Counted from the first letter of the stretch, positions 5,687 to 13,819 are shown. The stretch is 13,819 nt of DNA from Thermoproteota archaeon (GCA_037917675.1 JAVCBW010000038.1:1-13819); one strand, 5' to 3'. The notes: generated by a model from the letters alone, not told the origin. Numbers and translations are program-made.

Positions 5687-7615
5687 ATGGCTGCTGAAAG
5701 GATCTATGAGAGGCTCATGAAGGTCTCTCGAAGAGAGTTCTATGAGGGAGTCTCGATAGACCCTACTGTAGCCCCCCTCCTTGAGAAAGCTGAGAGAGAT
5801 AAGGTTGAGATAGCCTGGCATAGGTATCTGGCTCAGCAGCCTCAGTGTGGCTTCGGCCTACTTGGGGTATGCTGTAGGAACTGCAACATGGGCCCATGTA
5901 GGATAGATCCATTTGGATACGGCCCCTCCAAGGGGACGTGTGGAGCTACAGCAGACACCATAGTAGCTAGGAACCTCATGAGAGCTCTTGCAGCTGGAGC
6001 AGCAGCACACAGCGACCATGCTCGTGACATAGTTAAGGTCTTCAAGGGGATCCCAGAGGGCTGGGCTAAGGGATATACGATAAAGGACGAGGAGAAGCTG
6101 AGGAATGTGGCGAGGAGCCTAGGCATACAGGTTGAGGGCAGGGATGTCAAGGAGATAGCTCTAGATGTTGCCAAGATCCTTGAGATGGAGTTCGGGAAGC
6201 CAGGGGAAGACCCGCTTAAGCTGGCTGAAGCTCTAGCTCCAGAGAGGAGGAAGCGGGTCTGGAGGAAGATAGGGATAATGCCTAGGGCGATAGACAGGGA
6301 GGTGACAGAGATAATGCACAGGACACATATGGGAGTTGATGCAGATCCACTCAGCCTGATAGCTCAGGGGCTGAGGTGCGCCTTGGCAGATGGCTGGAGC
6401 GGCTCAATGATGGCTACGCTGCTAAGTGACATAATGTTCGGGACTCCAAAGCCTCTGAGGTCAGCAGCAAACCTAGGGGTTCTCAGGGAGAAGGCAGTCA
6501 ACATACTCGTACACGGGCACAACCCTGTGCTCTCCATGAAGATAGCTGAGGCAGCAGAGGACCCTGAGCTAGTGGAGCTAGCGAGGAAGCTGGGTGCAGA
6601 GGAGGGGATAAACGTAGTAGGCATGTGCTGCACAGGAAACGAGGTTCTCATGAGGCTTGGGATCCCGGTAGCAGGGAACATGCTCCAGCAGGAGCTAGCT
6701 ATAGTAACGGGAGCACTAGAAGCTGTTGTAGTAGACTACCAGTGTATAATGCCAGCTATAGTAGACGTGGCATCATGCTACCACACTAAGGTCATCACAA
6801 CAGAGCCTAAGGCACACATCCCTGGTGCAGTGCACATAGAGTTCGAGCCAGAGCATGCAGACGAGGTGGCGAAGAAGATAGTCAGGGTGGCAGTAGAGAA
6901 CTTCCCCAATAGGGTGAAGGAGAAGGTGCAGATACCTGAGGAGAAGATGGAGCTGACAGCAGGGTTCAGCGTGGAAGCCATACTAGAGGCTCTAGGTGGG
7001 ACGCTGGAGCCTCTAGCAAAAGCCCTGAAGGAGGGCAAGATAAAGGGTATAGCTGGTGTGGTAGGCTGTGTCAACCCTAAGGTAAGGCATGAGTACAGCC
7101 ATGTAACACTGACAAAGGAGCTCATAAAGAATGACATACTCGTCGTAGGGACAGGCTGCTGGGCTATAACAATGGGTAAGCATGGCCTGCTGAGGCCTGA
7201 AGCAGCTGAGCTAGCAGGCCCAGGCCTAAGGGAGATATGCAAAGCTCTAGGAGTACCGCCATGCCTACACATGGGGAGCTGTGTAGACTGCTCAAGGATG
7301 CTCATAGCTCTAGGCGCGCTAGCAGACTACCTCGGAGTAGACATATCAGACTTACCGGCAGCAGGGTCAGCTCCAGAGTGGATGAGTGAGAAGGCAGTCT
7401 CAATAGGCGCCTACTTCGTGGCTACAGGGCTCCTAGTACACTTAGGCACAATACCACCAGTCCTAGGGAGCAAAGCTGTAGTAGAGATACTTACAAGCAA
7501 GGCAGAAGAGCTGGTAGGAGGAAAGTTCTACGTGGAGCCAGATCCAGTGAAGGCAGCACAGACCCTGATAGCACACATAAGGGAGAAGAGGAAGAAGCTA
7601 GGCTGGCCAGAGTAG
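5687..7615 (+). CDS. cooS: Anaerobic Ni,Fe carbon monoxide dehydrogenase catalytic subunit
   Basis: D/B-cluster QCGFGLLGVCCRNCNMGPC..TCGA; HSDH; C-cluster ligands HGHNP, MCCTGNE, DYQC, VVGC, TGC, MGSCVD; catalytic Lys in WMSEKA. Confidence 0.97.
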   Translation: MAAERIYERLMKVSRREFYEGVSIDPTVAPLLEKAERDKVEIAWHRYLAQQPQCGFGLLGVCCRNCNMGPCRIDPFGYGPSKGTCGATADTIVARNLMRALAAGAAAHSDHARDIVKVFKGIPEGWAKGYTIKDEEKLRNVARSLGIQVEGRDVKEIALDVAKILEMEFGKPGEDPLKLAEALAPERRKRVWRKIGIMPRAIDREVTEIMHRTHMGVDADPLSLIAQGLRCALADGWSGSMMATLLSDIMFGTPKPLRSAANLGVLREKAVNILVHGHNPVLSMKIAEAAEDPELVELARKLGAEEGINVVGMCCTGNEVLMRLGIPVAGNMLQQELAIVTGALEAVVVDYQCIMPAIVDVASCYHTKVITTEPKAHIPGAVHIEFEPEHADEVAKKIVRVAVENFPNRVKEKVQIPEEKMELTAGFSVEAILEALGGTLEPLAKALKEGKIKGIAGVVGCVNPKVRHEYSHVTLTKELIKNDILVVGTGCWAITMGKHGLLRPEAAELAGPGLREICKALGVPPCLHMGSCVDCSRMLIALGALADYLGVDISDLPAAGSAPEWMSEKAVSIGAYFVATGLLVHLGTIPPVLGSKAVVEILTSKAEELVGGKFYVEPDPVKAAQTLIAHIREKRKKLGWPE

Positions 7616-7619
7616 CCCA

Positions 7620-7635
7620 CCTTCCTCCTCTTTTT
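7620..7635 (+). terminator. Putative archaeal pyrimidine/oligo-T terminator after cooS
   Basis: CCTTCCTCCTCTTTTT just after the stop codon. Confidence 0.45.
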
Positions 7636-7997
7636 ATGACAGCACAACAGCCATGTAAGGCTGCTGAGAAGCTTAAGCCCACTGAGCCAGCTGGCTACAG
7701 AGCTTACGCCACTCTAGCCCTCTTGAACACAGCCTCAAGCACCTCCATTATACCTCTCTCAGCTTCCCCTCTTCCACCCTATATGCATCCTCTATGCTTA
7801 TCCTAGCATACTTGCGTCTACCCTAAGCTCAAGTAGATAGCTAAAAACGAAATTAATTCACTAGCTGCCATTATTGGAGGACATGACTTAGATGAGAGAA
7901 GTGTATTCTGCAGTTAAGGGAGCTCTTATGGCTGGAAGCTAGCTTGTTTGAGGTGAATGAGGTGAAGAGTACTAGTTGGTGTCAATGCAGTTAGCTC

Positions 7998-8420
7998 TTA
8001 GCTTTGCCTCAGCTTGTAGACTTTGCCTCTCATCTTCTCGCCATCCATTTTCTCTACAAGCCCAGCTTCCTCCAGCTCTCTGAGCTTCTTGGCTACTACT
8101 CTCCTTGATGCTGTTCCCCTCTCTCTTCTCAGCTGAGCTGTAAGCTGGCTTATGTTCATTGGGCCTAGCTTACCTAGCACTTCTATGATGTGTCTTGATA
8201 TGTCGCTTTTCCTCGCAGCTGGGTGCTCTGTGAGCTCCTTTACCCCTCCAATGAGCTCTACTAGCTGAGTGTATCTTGAGATCATCGCCTTGACTAGCCT
8301 GAGGGCTTCAGCTGCCTCAGTGACGCCAGCATCCTCGATGAGCTTCTCAATTCTCTCAACCCTCCTAGCTAGCTCATCTAGCTTTCTTTCCACACGATCT
8401 AATGCCTCCAATGAGGGCAC
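7998..8420 (-). CDS. Coiled-coil plus winged helix-turn-helix DNA-binding protein
   Basis: N-terminal heptad pattern (LDRVERKLDELARRVERIEKLI) and C-terminal wHTH (IIEVLGKLGPMNISQL..ASRRVVAKKLRELEEAGLVE..KVYKL). The true start may be TTG 8411 or GTG 8393. Confidence 0.8.
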   Translation of the reverse strand: MPSLEALDRVERKLDELARRVERIEKLIEDAGVTEAAEALRLVKAMISRYTQLVELIGGVKELTEHPAARKSDISRHIIEVLGKLGPMNISQLTAQLRRERGTASRRVVAKKLRELEEAGLVEKMDGEKMRGKVYKLRQS

Positions 8421-8649
8421 CTAGCATGGATAGGGTGGGCTTAGGGCCGACACATGCTTCAGCAAGCTCCTCAATACAGCTAACACCAGCCTTCCTAAGC
8501 TCACTTTCAGCAGCCCTCTTAGCTCTCCACCACTTCCACCTCATTTCAGCTAGCATGAGTAGCGCTATAGCAGCTAAGGGAGCCAGTAGGACAGCGAGCT
8601 CTATCATAGCTCTAAACGCCCCTATCAGCCTCCTCAGCCTAGCAGCCAC
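8374..8649 (-). CDS. Small membrane-associated hypothetical protein
   Basis: One hydrophobic segment followed by a basic/Trp patch (RWKWWRAKRAAESELRKAGV). The GTG start overlaps the upstream TAG by one base. Confidence 0.7.
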   Translation of the reverse strand: MAARLRRLIGAFRAMIELAVLLAPLAAIALLMLAEMRWKWWRAKRAAESELRKAGVSCIEELAEACVGPKPTLSMLGALIGGIRSCGKKAR

Positions 8650-8981
8650 TATTCCTCCTCTTCCTCTCTCCTCGCTCTACGCTCTCTCCTAGAGAACACT
8701 CCACGCAGGATTGCCATTGGGTTTATGAAGTTCTCTCTGACAAGCTGTAGTGCATCTTCCTCTGGAACACCGGCATCTGTGAGCTCCTTGTAGAAGGCTG
8801 CTATGGCTCTAGCTCTCTCCCTGGCTTGCTCAGGCGTGTATGTTAGGCTCATTAGCTCTCTTAGAGGCTCAACTACCTCCTTAAGGAGTGCTGGGACCTC
8901 ACTTCTGATCACAGAAAGCACTTCCCTAAGCTCCTCTACATCCCCCCTCCTAGCCCTTTCAAGCTCCTTCTCCTCACACAT
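8649..8981 (-). CDS. Hypothetical helical protein, first gene of a three-gene operon
   Basis: Native-looking codon usage and the segment AIAAFYKELTDAGVPEEDALQLVRE. Start placed at ATG 8981 after a GGTGGTG RBS rather than 9011. Confidence 0.75.
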   Translation of the reverse strand: MCEEKELERARRGDVEELREVLSVIRSEVPALLKEVVEPLRELMSLTYTPEQARERARAIAAFYKELTDAGVPEEDALQLVRENFINPMAILRGVFSRRERRARREEEEE

Positions 8982-8986
8982 CACAC

Positions 8987-9041
8987 CACCATGTGTTAGC
9001 ATGGTGTTCACAGTTAAATCTCTTATGTAAAAAAGTGAACA
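8987..9041. promoter_or_regulatory. Putative operators upstream of the wHTH operon
   Basis: CACCATG-N6-CATGGTG (8987-9006) and TGTTCAC-N23-GTGAACA (9005-9041) flanking an AT-rich core. Confidence 0.5.
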
Positions 9042-9313
9042 TGAGGCTGCTCACCTGCCTAGCTTCAGCTCTTCCTGGAATGGAGAAGCCTACTAGCTCA
9101 TGTATCAGCTAAGTTTGTCTAGGATAGCTGCCATAGAGCCAAGTAGGGTGGCTAGAGGTATTCAAGCACAGCATAGCAGTGCTCACAGGCTAGCTGCAGT
9201 TGAGCTGTTAGCATAGAGGCTTGTCCTAGATGGTGTCTGGAGGCTCTCTGCTACTTAGTGCTCCACTAGAAGTTGCCTATGTGCTCTGCCAGTAAAGCTT
9301 ATTCAGGGGGCTG

Positions 9314-11089
9314 ATGGGGGTGTTAGGGTCTAGCTTGAAAGGTAGGCTTCTGGTAGCTGTCCTCTTGACGCTTCTTGCTCTAGCGCCTCTAGCTGGTAGG
9401 AGGGTAGCTAGCAGAGGAGAGCACCTACCCTTCTCACTATACCACATTACTCCACTGAATAGGATCCTTTACCCTAGAGTTGCTGCGCCAGCTTTCTGTG
9501 AGGCTGGGGGGGCTCTGACAGTGTACGTTGGCTACATTGAGGGCGAAAAGCCTGCTAAGAGCACTGAGTGGAGCGGCAGCTTGGAGTCTATCCTCTATGG
9601 GAGCTATGAGCTAGAGAAGCTAGAGCAGAGCTTTGATGAGAGAGGCTTCTGGAGGATAGAGTTCAGGGTCCCTGATGAAGCTGAGGGCCTCTACAACCTG
9701 ACGCTTAGAGCTGAGGGCATGGTGTTCACTGAGCCAAACTGCATCAAGGTGTATAGGGAGTTTCCTAGCGAGCTCAGAGCTGGGGTGCTTACTGATAACC
9801 ACGTTGGCTTGAGGAGGCAGCTGAGATACAAGGTGAATAATGAGGTGTTTGAGGTTGTGCTTGCTACACTAGACTCCCTAGGCTTAGACCTGATAGTAGA
9901 CTGTGGTGACATCGTTGACGCTACAGCAGATGAGGAGCCATATAGGTATGTCTATGAGCTGATATCCCAGCTAGCTACGCCAATACTCTTCACAATGGGC
10001 AACAACGACTACTACACTATTGAAAAGGGGAGGTGGTGGTGGGAGAAGTACTTTACTCCACTGAGATGGAGTACGACGATAGGAAGATACCACTTCATCT
10101 CTCTAGACACAGATACAGGGAGAGTGACAGATGAGGCCTTGAGCTGGCTAGAGGAGGACATGGCTCTCAATAGGGACAAGAAGATAGTGCTCTTCTTCCA
10201 CTACCCATACTGGGATCCAAACCAGATATCACCTAACGCATATGAGAAGCTGCCTAAGCTCATAGAGGAGCATAATGTCATCCTAGTTCTGCTAGGGCAT
10301 AGGCACATAGATGAGGTCAGGAAGCCACCTGAGCTCCCTGCTCTGACAATAACAACTACAGCTACAGCAGCATCTCAGAGGTATCGTGGCTACCGCCTGC
10401 TCACCATCAAGAGTGAGCATGTAGAGTATACGCCTGAGAGCACACCCTATGAGAAGCTTGGAGTGAAGCTCCTCCAGAGGAGGGATGGAAGCTCAACAGG
10501 GGTGGCAGCCAAGGTGTGGAACAAGCTGGGTGAGCCAGCTACTCTAAGGATCCTAGTGAGGCTCAAGCCAGGACCACTTAAAGCTGAGGGAGCTGAAGCA
10601 AAGGCCGCGAGGGAGTCTAGGGGTGCTCTAGCTGCAGCTCTGGAGGTGAGCCTGCCACCAGGCTCAGAGAAGGTCATCAAAGCCTATACTATGGAGGACA
10701 AGGCTCCACCTAAAGTTGAGGTGCACCCTGATGAAGCTGAAGACTACATTTCACTAGACTACACTGCATCAGACATAGGCCTCGGTGTGCTAGAGGTTAC
10801 TGTGTACTACAGCCATGACAACAAGACATGGAATAGAGCTCAGGTTAAGGTTGTAGACGAATACCCTCTGCCGACAGCTCCGAAGGCTGAGAGAGTCTAC
10901 TATAAGGCTGAGGCAGTGGATGCAGCTGGAAACAAGGCTGTAGCATACGGGGTGTATGAGGCTAAGCCGCCGGCAGCTACATCGGAGATAGAGGAGAGGA
11001 AGGTGGCTCCAGCTTTAGGGCTTGTAGGTGCTGTTGTGGCTGCTGCAGCTATAGCTGTAGTCTTAGTCTTATGGAGGATGAGAAGGTGA
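9314..11089 (+). CDS. Secreted, C-terminally anchored calcineurin-like metallophosphoesterase (variant GNND motif)
   Basis: Signal peptide; motifs TDNH, CGD, GNND, FHYP, GHRH; beta-rich flanking domains; C-terminal TM helix plus RMRR. Confidence 0.85.
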   Translation: MGVLGSSLKGRLLVAVLLTLLALAPLAGRRVASRGEHLPFSLYHITPLNRILYPRVAAPAFCEAGGALTVYVGYIEGEKPAKSTEWSGSLESILYGSYELEKLEQSFDERGFWRIEFRVPDEAEGLYNLTLRAEGMVFTEPNCIKVYREFPSELRAGVLTDNHVGLRRQLRYKVNNEVFEVVLATLDSLGLDLIVDCGDIVDATADEEPYRYVYELISQLATPILFTMGNNDYYTIEKGRWWWEKYFTPLRWSTTIGRYHFISLDTDTGRVTDEALSWLEEDMALNRDKKIVLFFHYPYWDPNQISPNAYEKLPKLIEEHNVILVLLGHRHIDEVRKPPELPALTITTTATAASQRYRGYRLLTIKSEHVEYTPESTPYEKLGVKLLQRRDGSSTGVAAKVWNKLGEPATLRILVRLKPGPLKAEGAEAKAARESRGALAAALEVSLPPGSEKVIKAYTMEDKAPPKVEVHPDEAEDYISLDYTASDIGLGVLEVTVYYSHDNKTWNRAQVKVVDEYPLPTAPKAERVYYKAEAVDAAGNKAVAYGVYEAKPPAATSEIEERKVAPALGLVGAVVAAAAIAVVLVLWRMRR

Positions 11090-12807
11090 AGGCTAAGGTT
11101 GCAGTGCTCCTAGCAATCACCTTCATGTCCATTCTCGCAGTGAGCTGCCAGCCAGCTACTCCACTCAACAAGGTGTGGTGGCCTAGGCTAGGTTTCCCTG
11201 CTTTCGTGAAGCCGGGTGGCAACATAACCGTGGAGCTAGCTAGCATAGAGCCCCAGGCAATATACCTGGTCAACGAAACCCATAGGCTCAAGCTCAAAGT
11301 GAAGTCGAAGCATAGAGATGGCTGGCTGGCTAAGGCTGTAGCTGAGGTCCCAGTGGAGGCAGGTGAAGGCCTCTATAACCTTAGTGTGCTAGCTAGCAAT
11401 GGAGCATTCGAGGAGCCCCACTCAGTCTACGTCTATAAGGCCACTAGGATTCCATTCACCATATTCTGGATAACTGACACACACTATGATGTCAAGCCTG
11501 GAGCAGAGTACCTTAGGCTCATATTCAGGAAGTGGATTAGGATAGCAAACTTCCTGAAGCCAGACCTCATCGTCGTCACTGGGGACATCGTAAACAACCC
11601 GCCGGAGCACCTCTTTAAGTCAGTTTACAGAGAGCTACTAGAGCTAGAGGTTCCAGTCCTCTTGGTCCCAGGGAACCATGACTGGTCTAAGGAGGGATAC
11701 TTCATAAGGTACCTGTCTGTCTCAAACCGCTCTCTCACGATAGACTGGATCCACCTGGTTGCCCTAGACACGGGGCCAGGAGGCTTTCACGGCTGGCTCA
11801 CCGAGGAGCAGATGGACTGGCTAGAAGAGGACTTAGCTGCTCACAGTGGGTGCCCAGTTAAGCTGCTGCTCATGCATCACCCACTCTACCACATTGAGAA
11901 CAGGACTGGAGCAAGCTTGATGAGGCTAGCTGACATAGCTAGGAGATATAATGTTAGCTTGATCCTATCAGGGCACTCTCATGTCAACAAGGACATTATG
12001 GAGCCAGTACACTACCTGGTTGGGACAAGTGGCTTCAAGGGAGGGAAGCCTTACTCTGGCTTCTACCTCCTGAAGCTCACTCCACAGGGAGTAGACTACA
12101 AGATAAATGGCACATACAAGCCCATACCACACAGGGACTTCGAAGTCAAGCCTCTACAGAGGAACGCTGGTGAGAAGCCTGCTATAGCAGTCTATCTGAG
12201 GAACAGCTGGTGGTTCCCAGTCAAAGGCTACCTGAAGCTTAGGCTGAAGAAAGCTGGGAGGCAGCTTGAAGTAGAGGGAGGCAAGCTCACATCTCAGGTC
12301 AACGCTGGAAGCTACATGATAGCTGAGGTTGAGGTGAGGCTCAAGCCAGGAGAAGAGAAGCTGGTGAAAGCATGCTATGCTCAAGCACAGGACAGGCAGC
12401 CGCCCAAAGTGGTCGATGTAGGCTACAAGATCAGAGAGAGCCTGGCTGTAGCCATAGCAACCCTCACGATAACAGTAGAGGACGACTACCTCGGAGTTAG
12501 AGACGTGACAGTAGCCTACACAACAGATAACAAGACGTGGTCAGCTATGAAGCCAGTCTACATCTCACCAGACACCTACCAGGCAGTGATACAGGTACAA
12601 AAAGGCCCACCATACCTGACAGTAAAGGTGAGAGCAGAAGACCTAACTGGAAAGACTACAGAGAAAGCCATCACAATAAAGCTGCCAAAGCCACCAGAAG
12701 AGCAGAAGCCAGAAGAGAAGACCCCTCTAACGATAGTAGCCATAGCTACAGCTATGGCCGTAGCTATAGTAGCCATAGCCCTATACCTGGTAAGGAGGAG
12801 GCCATAA
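11086..12807 (+). CDS. Secreted, C-terminally anchored calcineurin-like metallophosphoesterase
   Basis: Signal peptide; motifs TDTH, TGD, GNHD, MHHP, GHSH; Pro/Glu/Lys linker, TM helix, RRR. Likely start GTG 11086 (GTGA overlap, GGAGG at 11073-11077); ATG 11071 is the alternative. Confidence 0.88.
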   Translation: MKAKVAVLLAITFMSILAVSCQPATPLNKVWWPRLGFPAFVKPGGNITVELASIEPQAIYLVNETHRLKLKVKSKHRDGWLAKAVAEVPVEAGEGLYNLSVLASNGAFEEPHSVYVYKATRIPFTIFWITDTHYDVKPGAEYLRLIFRKWIRIANFLKPDLIVVTGDIVNNPPEHLFKSVYRELLELEVPVLLVPGNHDWSKEGYFIRYLSVSNRSLTIDWIHLVALDTGPGGFHGWLTEEQMDWLEEDLAAHSGCPVKLLLMHHPLYHIENRTGASLMRLADIARRYNVSLILSGHSHVNKDIMEPVHYLVGTSGFKGGKPYSGFYLLKLTPQGVDYKINGTYKPIPHRDFEVKPLQRNAGEKPAIAVYLRNSWWFPVKGYLKLRLKKAGRQLEVEGGKLTSQVNAGSYMIAEVEVRLKPGEEKLVKACYAQAQDRQPPKVVDVGYKIRESLAVAIATLTITVEDDYLGVRDVTVAYTTDNKTWSAMKPVYISPDTYQAVIQVQKGPPYLTVKVRAEDLTGKTTEKAITIKLPKPPEEQKPEEKTPLTIVAIATAMAVAIVAIALYLVRRRP

Positions 12808-13172
12808 GCGCCTGCTACACCAGAGGTCTAATAGCTCTCCTAAAGCCAGTAGGGCTACAGCACATCTAGAAGGTCTATAGCTTATGTAGCTAGCTGCTGC
12901 CATAAGCGAAAAAGACGGTAGCTAGCTGAGAGCATAGAGCACAGCATAGGCTCTAGAGAGTGCTAGGAAACTAGATCTCAGAGCACCTTGTGCCTACTTT
13001 CATGAGCCTGATAGCAGAGCTCTCAGACAAGAGTAGCTCGAGGTCTAATGCATTGCATGTAGGAGGTCTACCGCATGCTCTAAGCTGATGGCATGAAGCT
13101 CACATAAGCTAGTAGCCTCCTTTGCTCCTGAAACCGCTATGTTTAGAAGCTGCCATAATAAGTGTGAGGGAA

Positions 13173-13180
13173 ATATAATA
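13173..13180 (+). promoter_or_regulatory. TATA box with purine-rich BRE
   Basis: GAGGGAA-ATATAATA ~22 nt before ATG 13202. Confidence 0.5.
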
Positions 13181-13201
13181 GCTGCCAGTAGGCTATATAA
13201 G

Positions 13202-13399
13202 ATGGAGACTGAGGCTAGGGAGATCCGTAGGAGGATGGCTGACTAGAGCTTCATTAGGAGGCAGCCTCCAAGGCTGAAGGCTACACTAGAATACTACATT
13301 GAGACTGGCGACTTGAGGAGAGCACAGAGGATAGCTGGAGTGAAGCTAGAGGAGTTTATAGACCTGATCAAGAGAGCTGGGATCCCAACAGGCCTCTAA
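13202..13399 (+). pseudogene. Small archaeal HTH-like protein gene (PaREP6-like/antitoxin-like) interrupted by an in-frame TAG
   Basis: METEAREIRRRMAD*SFIRRQPPRLKATLEYYIETGDLRRAQRIAGVKLEEFIDLIKRAGIPTGL, with TAG at 13244-13246. The family label is from recollection. Confidence 0.65.
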
Positions 13400-13440
13400 C
13401 GTAGTGGAAGCTAGCTGATAGGCTGTACTCATCCCAAGCT

Positions 13441-13645
13441 TGCTCTAGGATTATAGGCTCAAGTCGTGCCCCAATCCCTTGATGAGGTAGCTAAAAGTGG
13501 TGATAAGGTAGCTCTTAGGACCTACACCTCCTCTACGCCTCGTAAACATGCCTTCGGCTGCAGTTTCTGTTTTCATAGAGATACAGAGGGTAGGTGTGTT
13601 GATTAGTGGAGGCTTTGATTTCCCTGTGGTGCTTGCTGATGGGAG
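13441..13645 (+). pseudogene. Decayed fragment of a ThiI-like (PP-loop) tRNA sulfurtransferase gene
   Basis: With frameshifts, 13583-13642 reads TEGR..LISGGFDFPV..LM, resembling ThiI GTxGKVxxLxSGGxDSPVAAWLM. Weaker THUMP-like scraps lie upstream. Confidence 0.4.
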
Positions 13646-13819
13646 CCTTGTCAGGCCACCTAGTGGCTATCGGATCTAAGCCTCTAGATGTTGGGCTCTA
13701 GGCTGCTCCAAAAGCCCTACTAGAGGCATAAGCCCCAACGACGAGGAAGCAGCCATAGACAAAACCACATACATCCATGAAAGCATACCAGCTGTGAGCT
13801 CCAAGTTCTCCACCTGCTT

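Noticed and set aside
5056-7682. Minus-strand ORFs within cooF/cooS
   Set aside because: Antisense to well-supported genes.
8402-9030. + strand ORFs 8402-8692 and 8803-9030
   Set aside because: Antisense to the coupled three-gene operon.
11120-11150. Lipobox-like ILAVSC in the second phosphoesterase
   Set aside because: Weak match to the consensus, absent from the paralog, and the protein already has a C-terminal TM anchor.
9620-12869. Short alternative-frame and antisense ORFs inside the phosphoesterase genes, including 12537-12869
   Set aside because: They overlap longer motif-bearing CDSs and have no recognisable features.
1325-13246. Amber recoding (pyrrolysine) suggested by in-frame TAGs at 1325 and 13244
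   Set aside because: TAG terminates cooF, cooS and hdrB at their expected ends, so it functions as a stop.

Overview
Archaeal window, probably from a thermophilic TACK/Thermoproteota-like genome. This is inferred from TATA boxes ~23-25 nt before leaderless starts, GGTGG/GGAGG RBSs, TTG/GTG starts and AGCT/CTAG-rich composition. Left to right: the 5' end of a probable radical SAM gene, an HD hydrolase, a possible box C/D-like sRNA, and a molybdate/tungstate ABC permease plus ATPase with no binding protein nearby. The centre is a divergent redox locus. Rightward lies cooF-cooS (intact Ni,Fe CO dehydrogenase). Leftward lies a second CooF-like polyferredoxin carrying an HdrC-like C-terminal tail, coupled to an HdrB with all ten cluster cysteines. 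No hdrA, acs, cooC or hydrogenase gene is in the window, suggesting a compact CO:disulfide oxidoreductase module. The two ferredoxin genes share in-frame inverted DNA blocks of 33/33 and 47/48 identity, so the region could invert or undergo gene conversion. Then follow a three-gene operon ending in a winged-HTH protein, two tandem membrane-anchored secreted metallophosphoesterases, a small amber-interrupted gene and a decayed thiI-like remnant.
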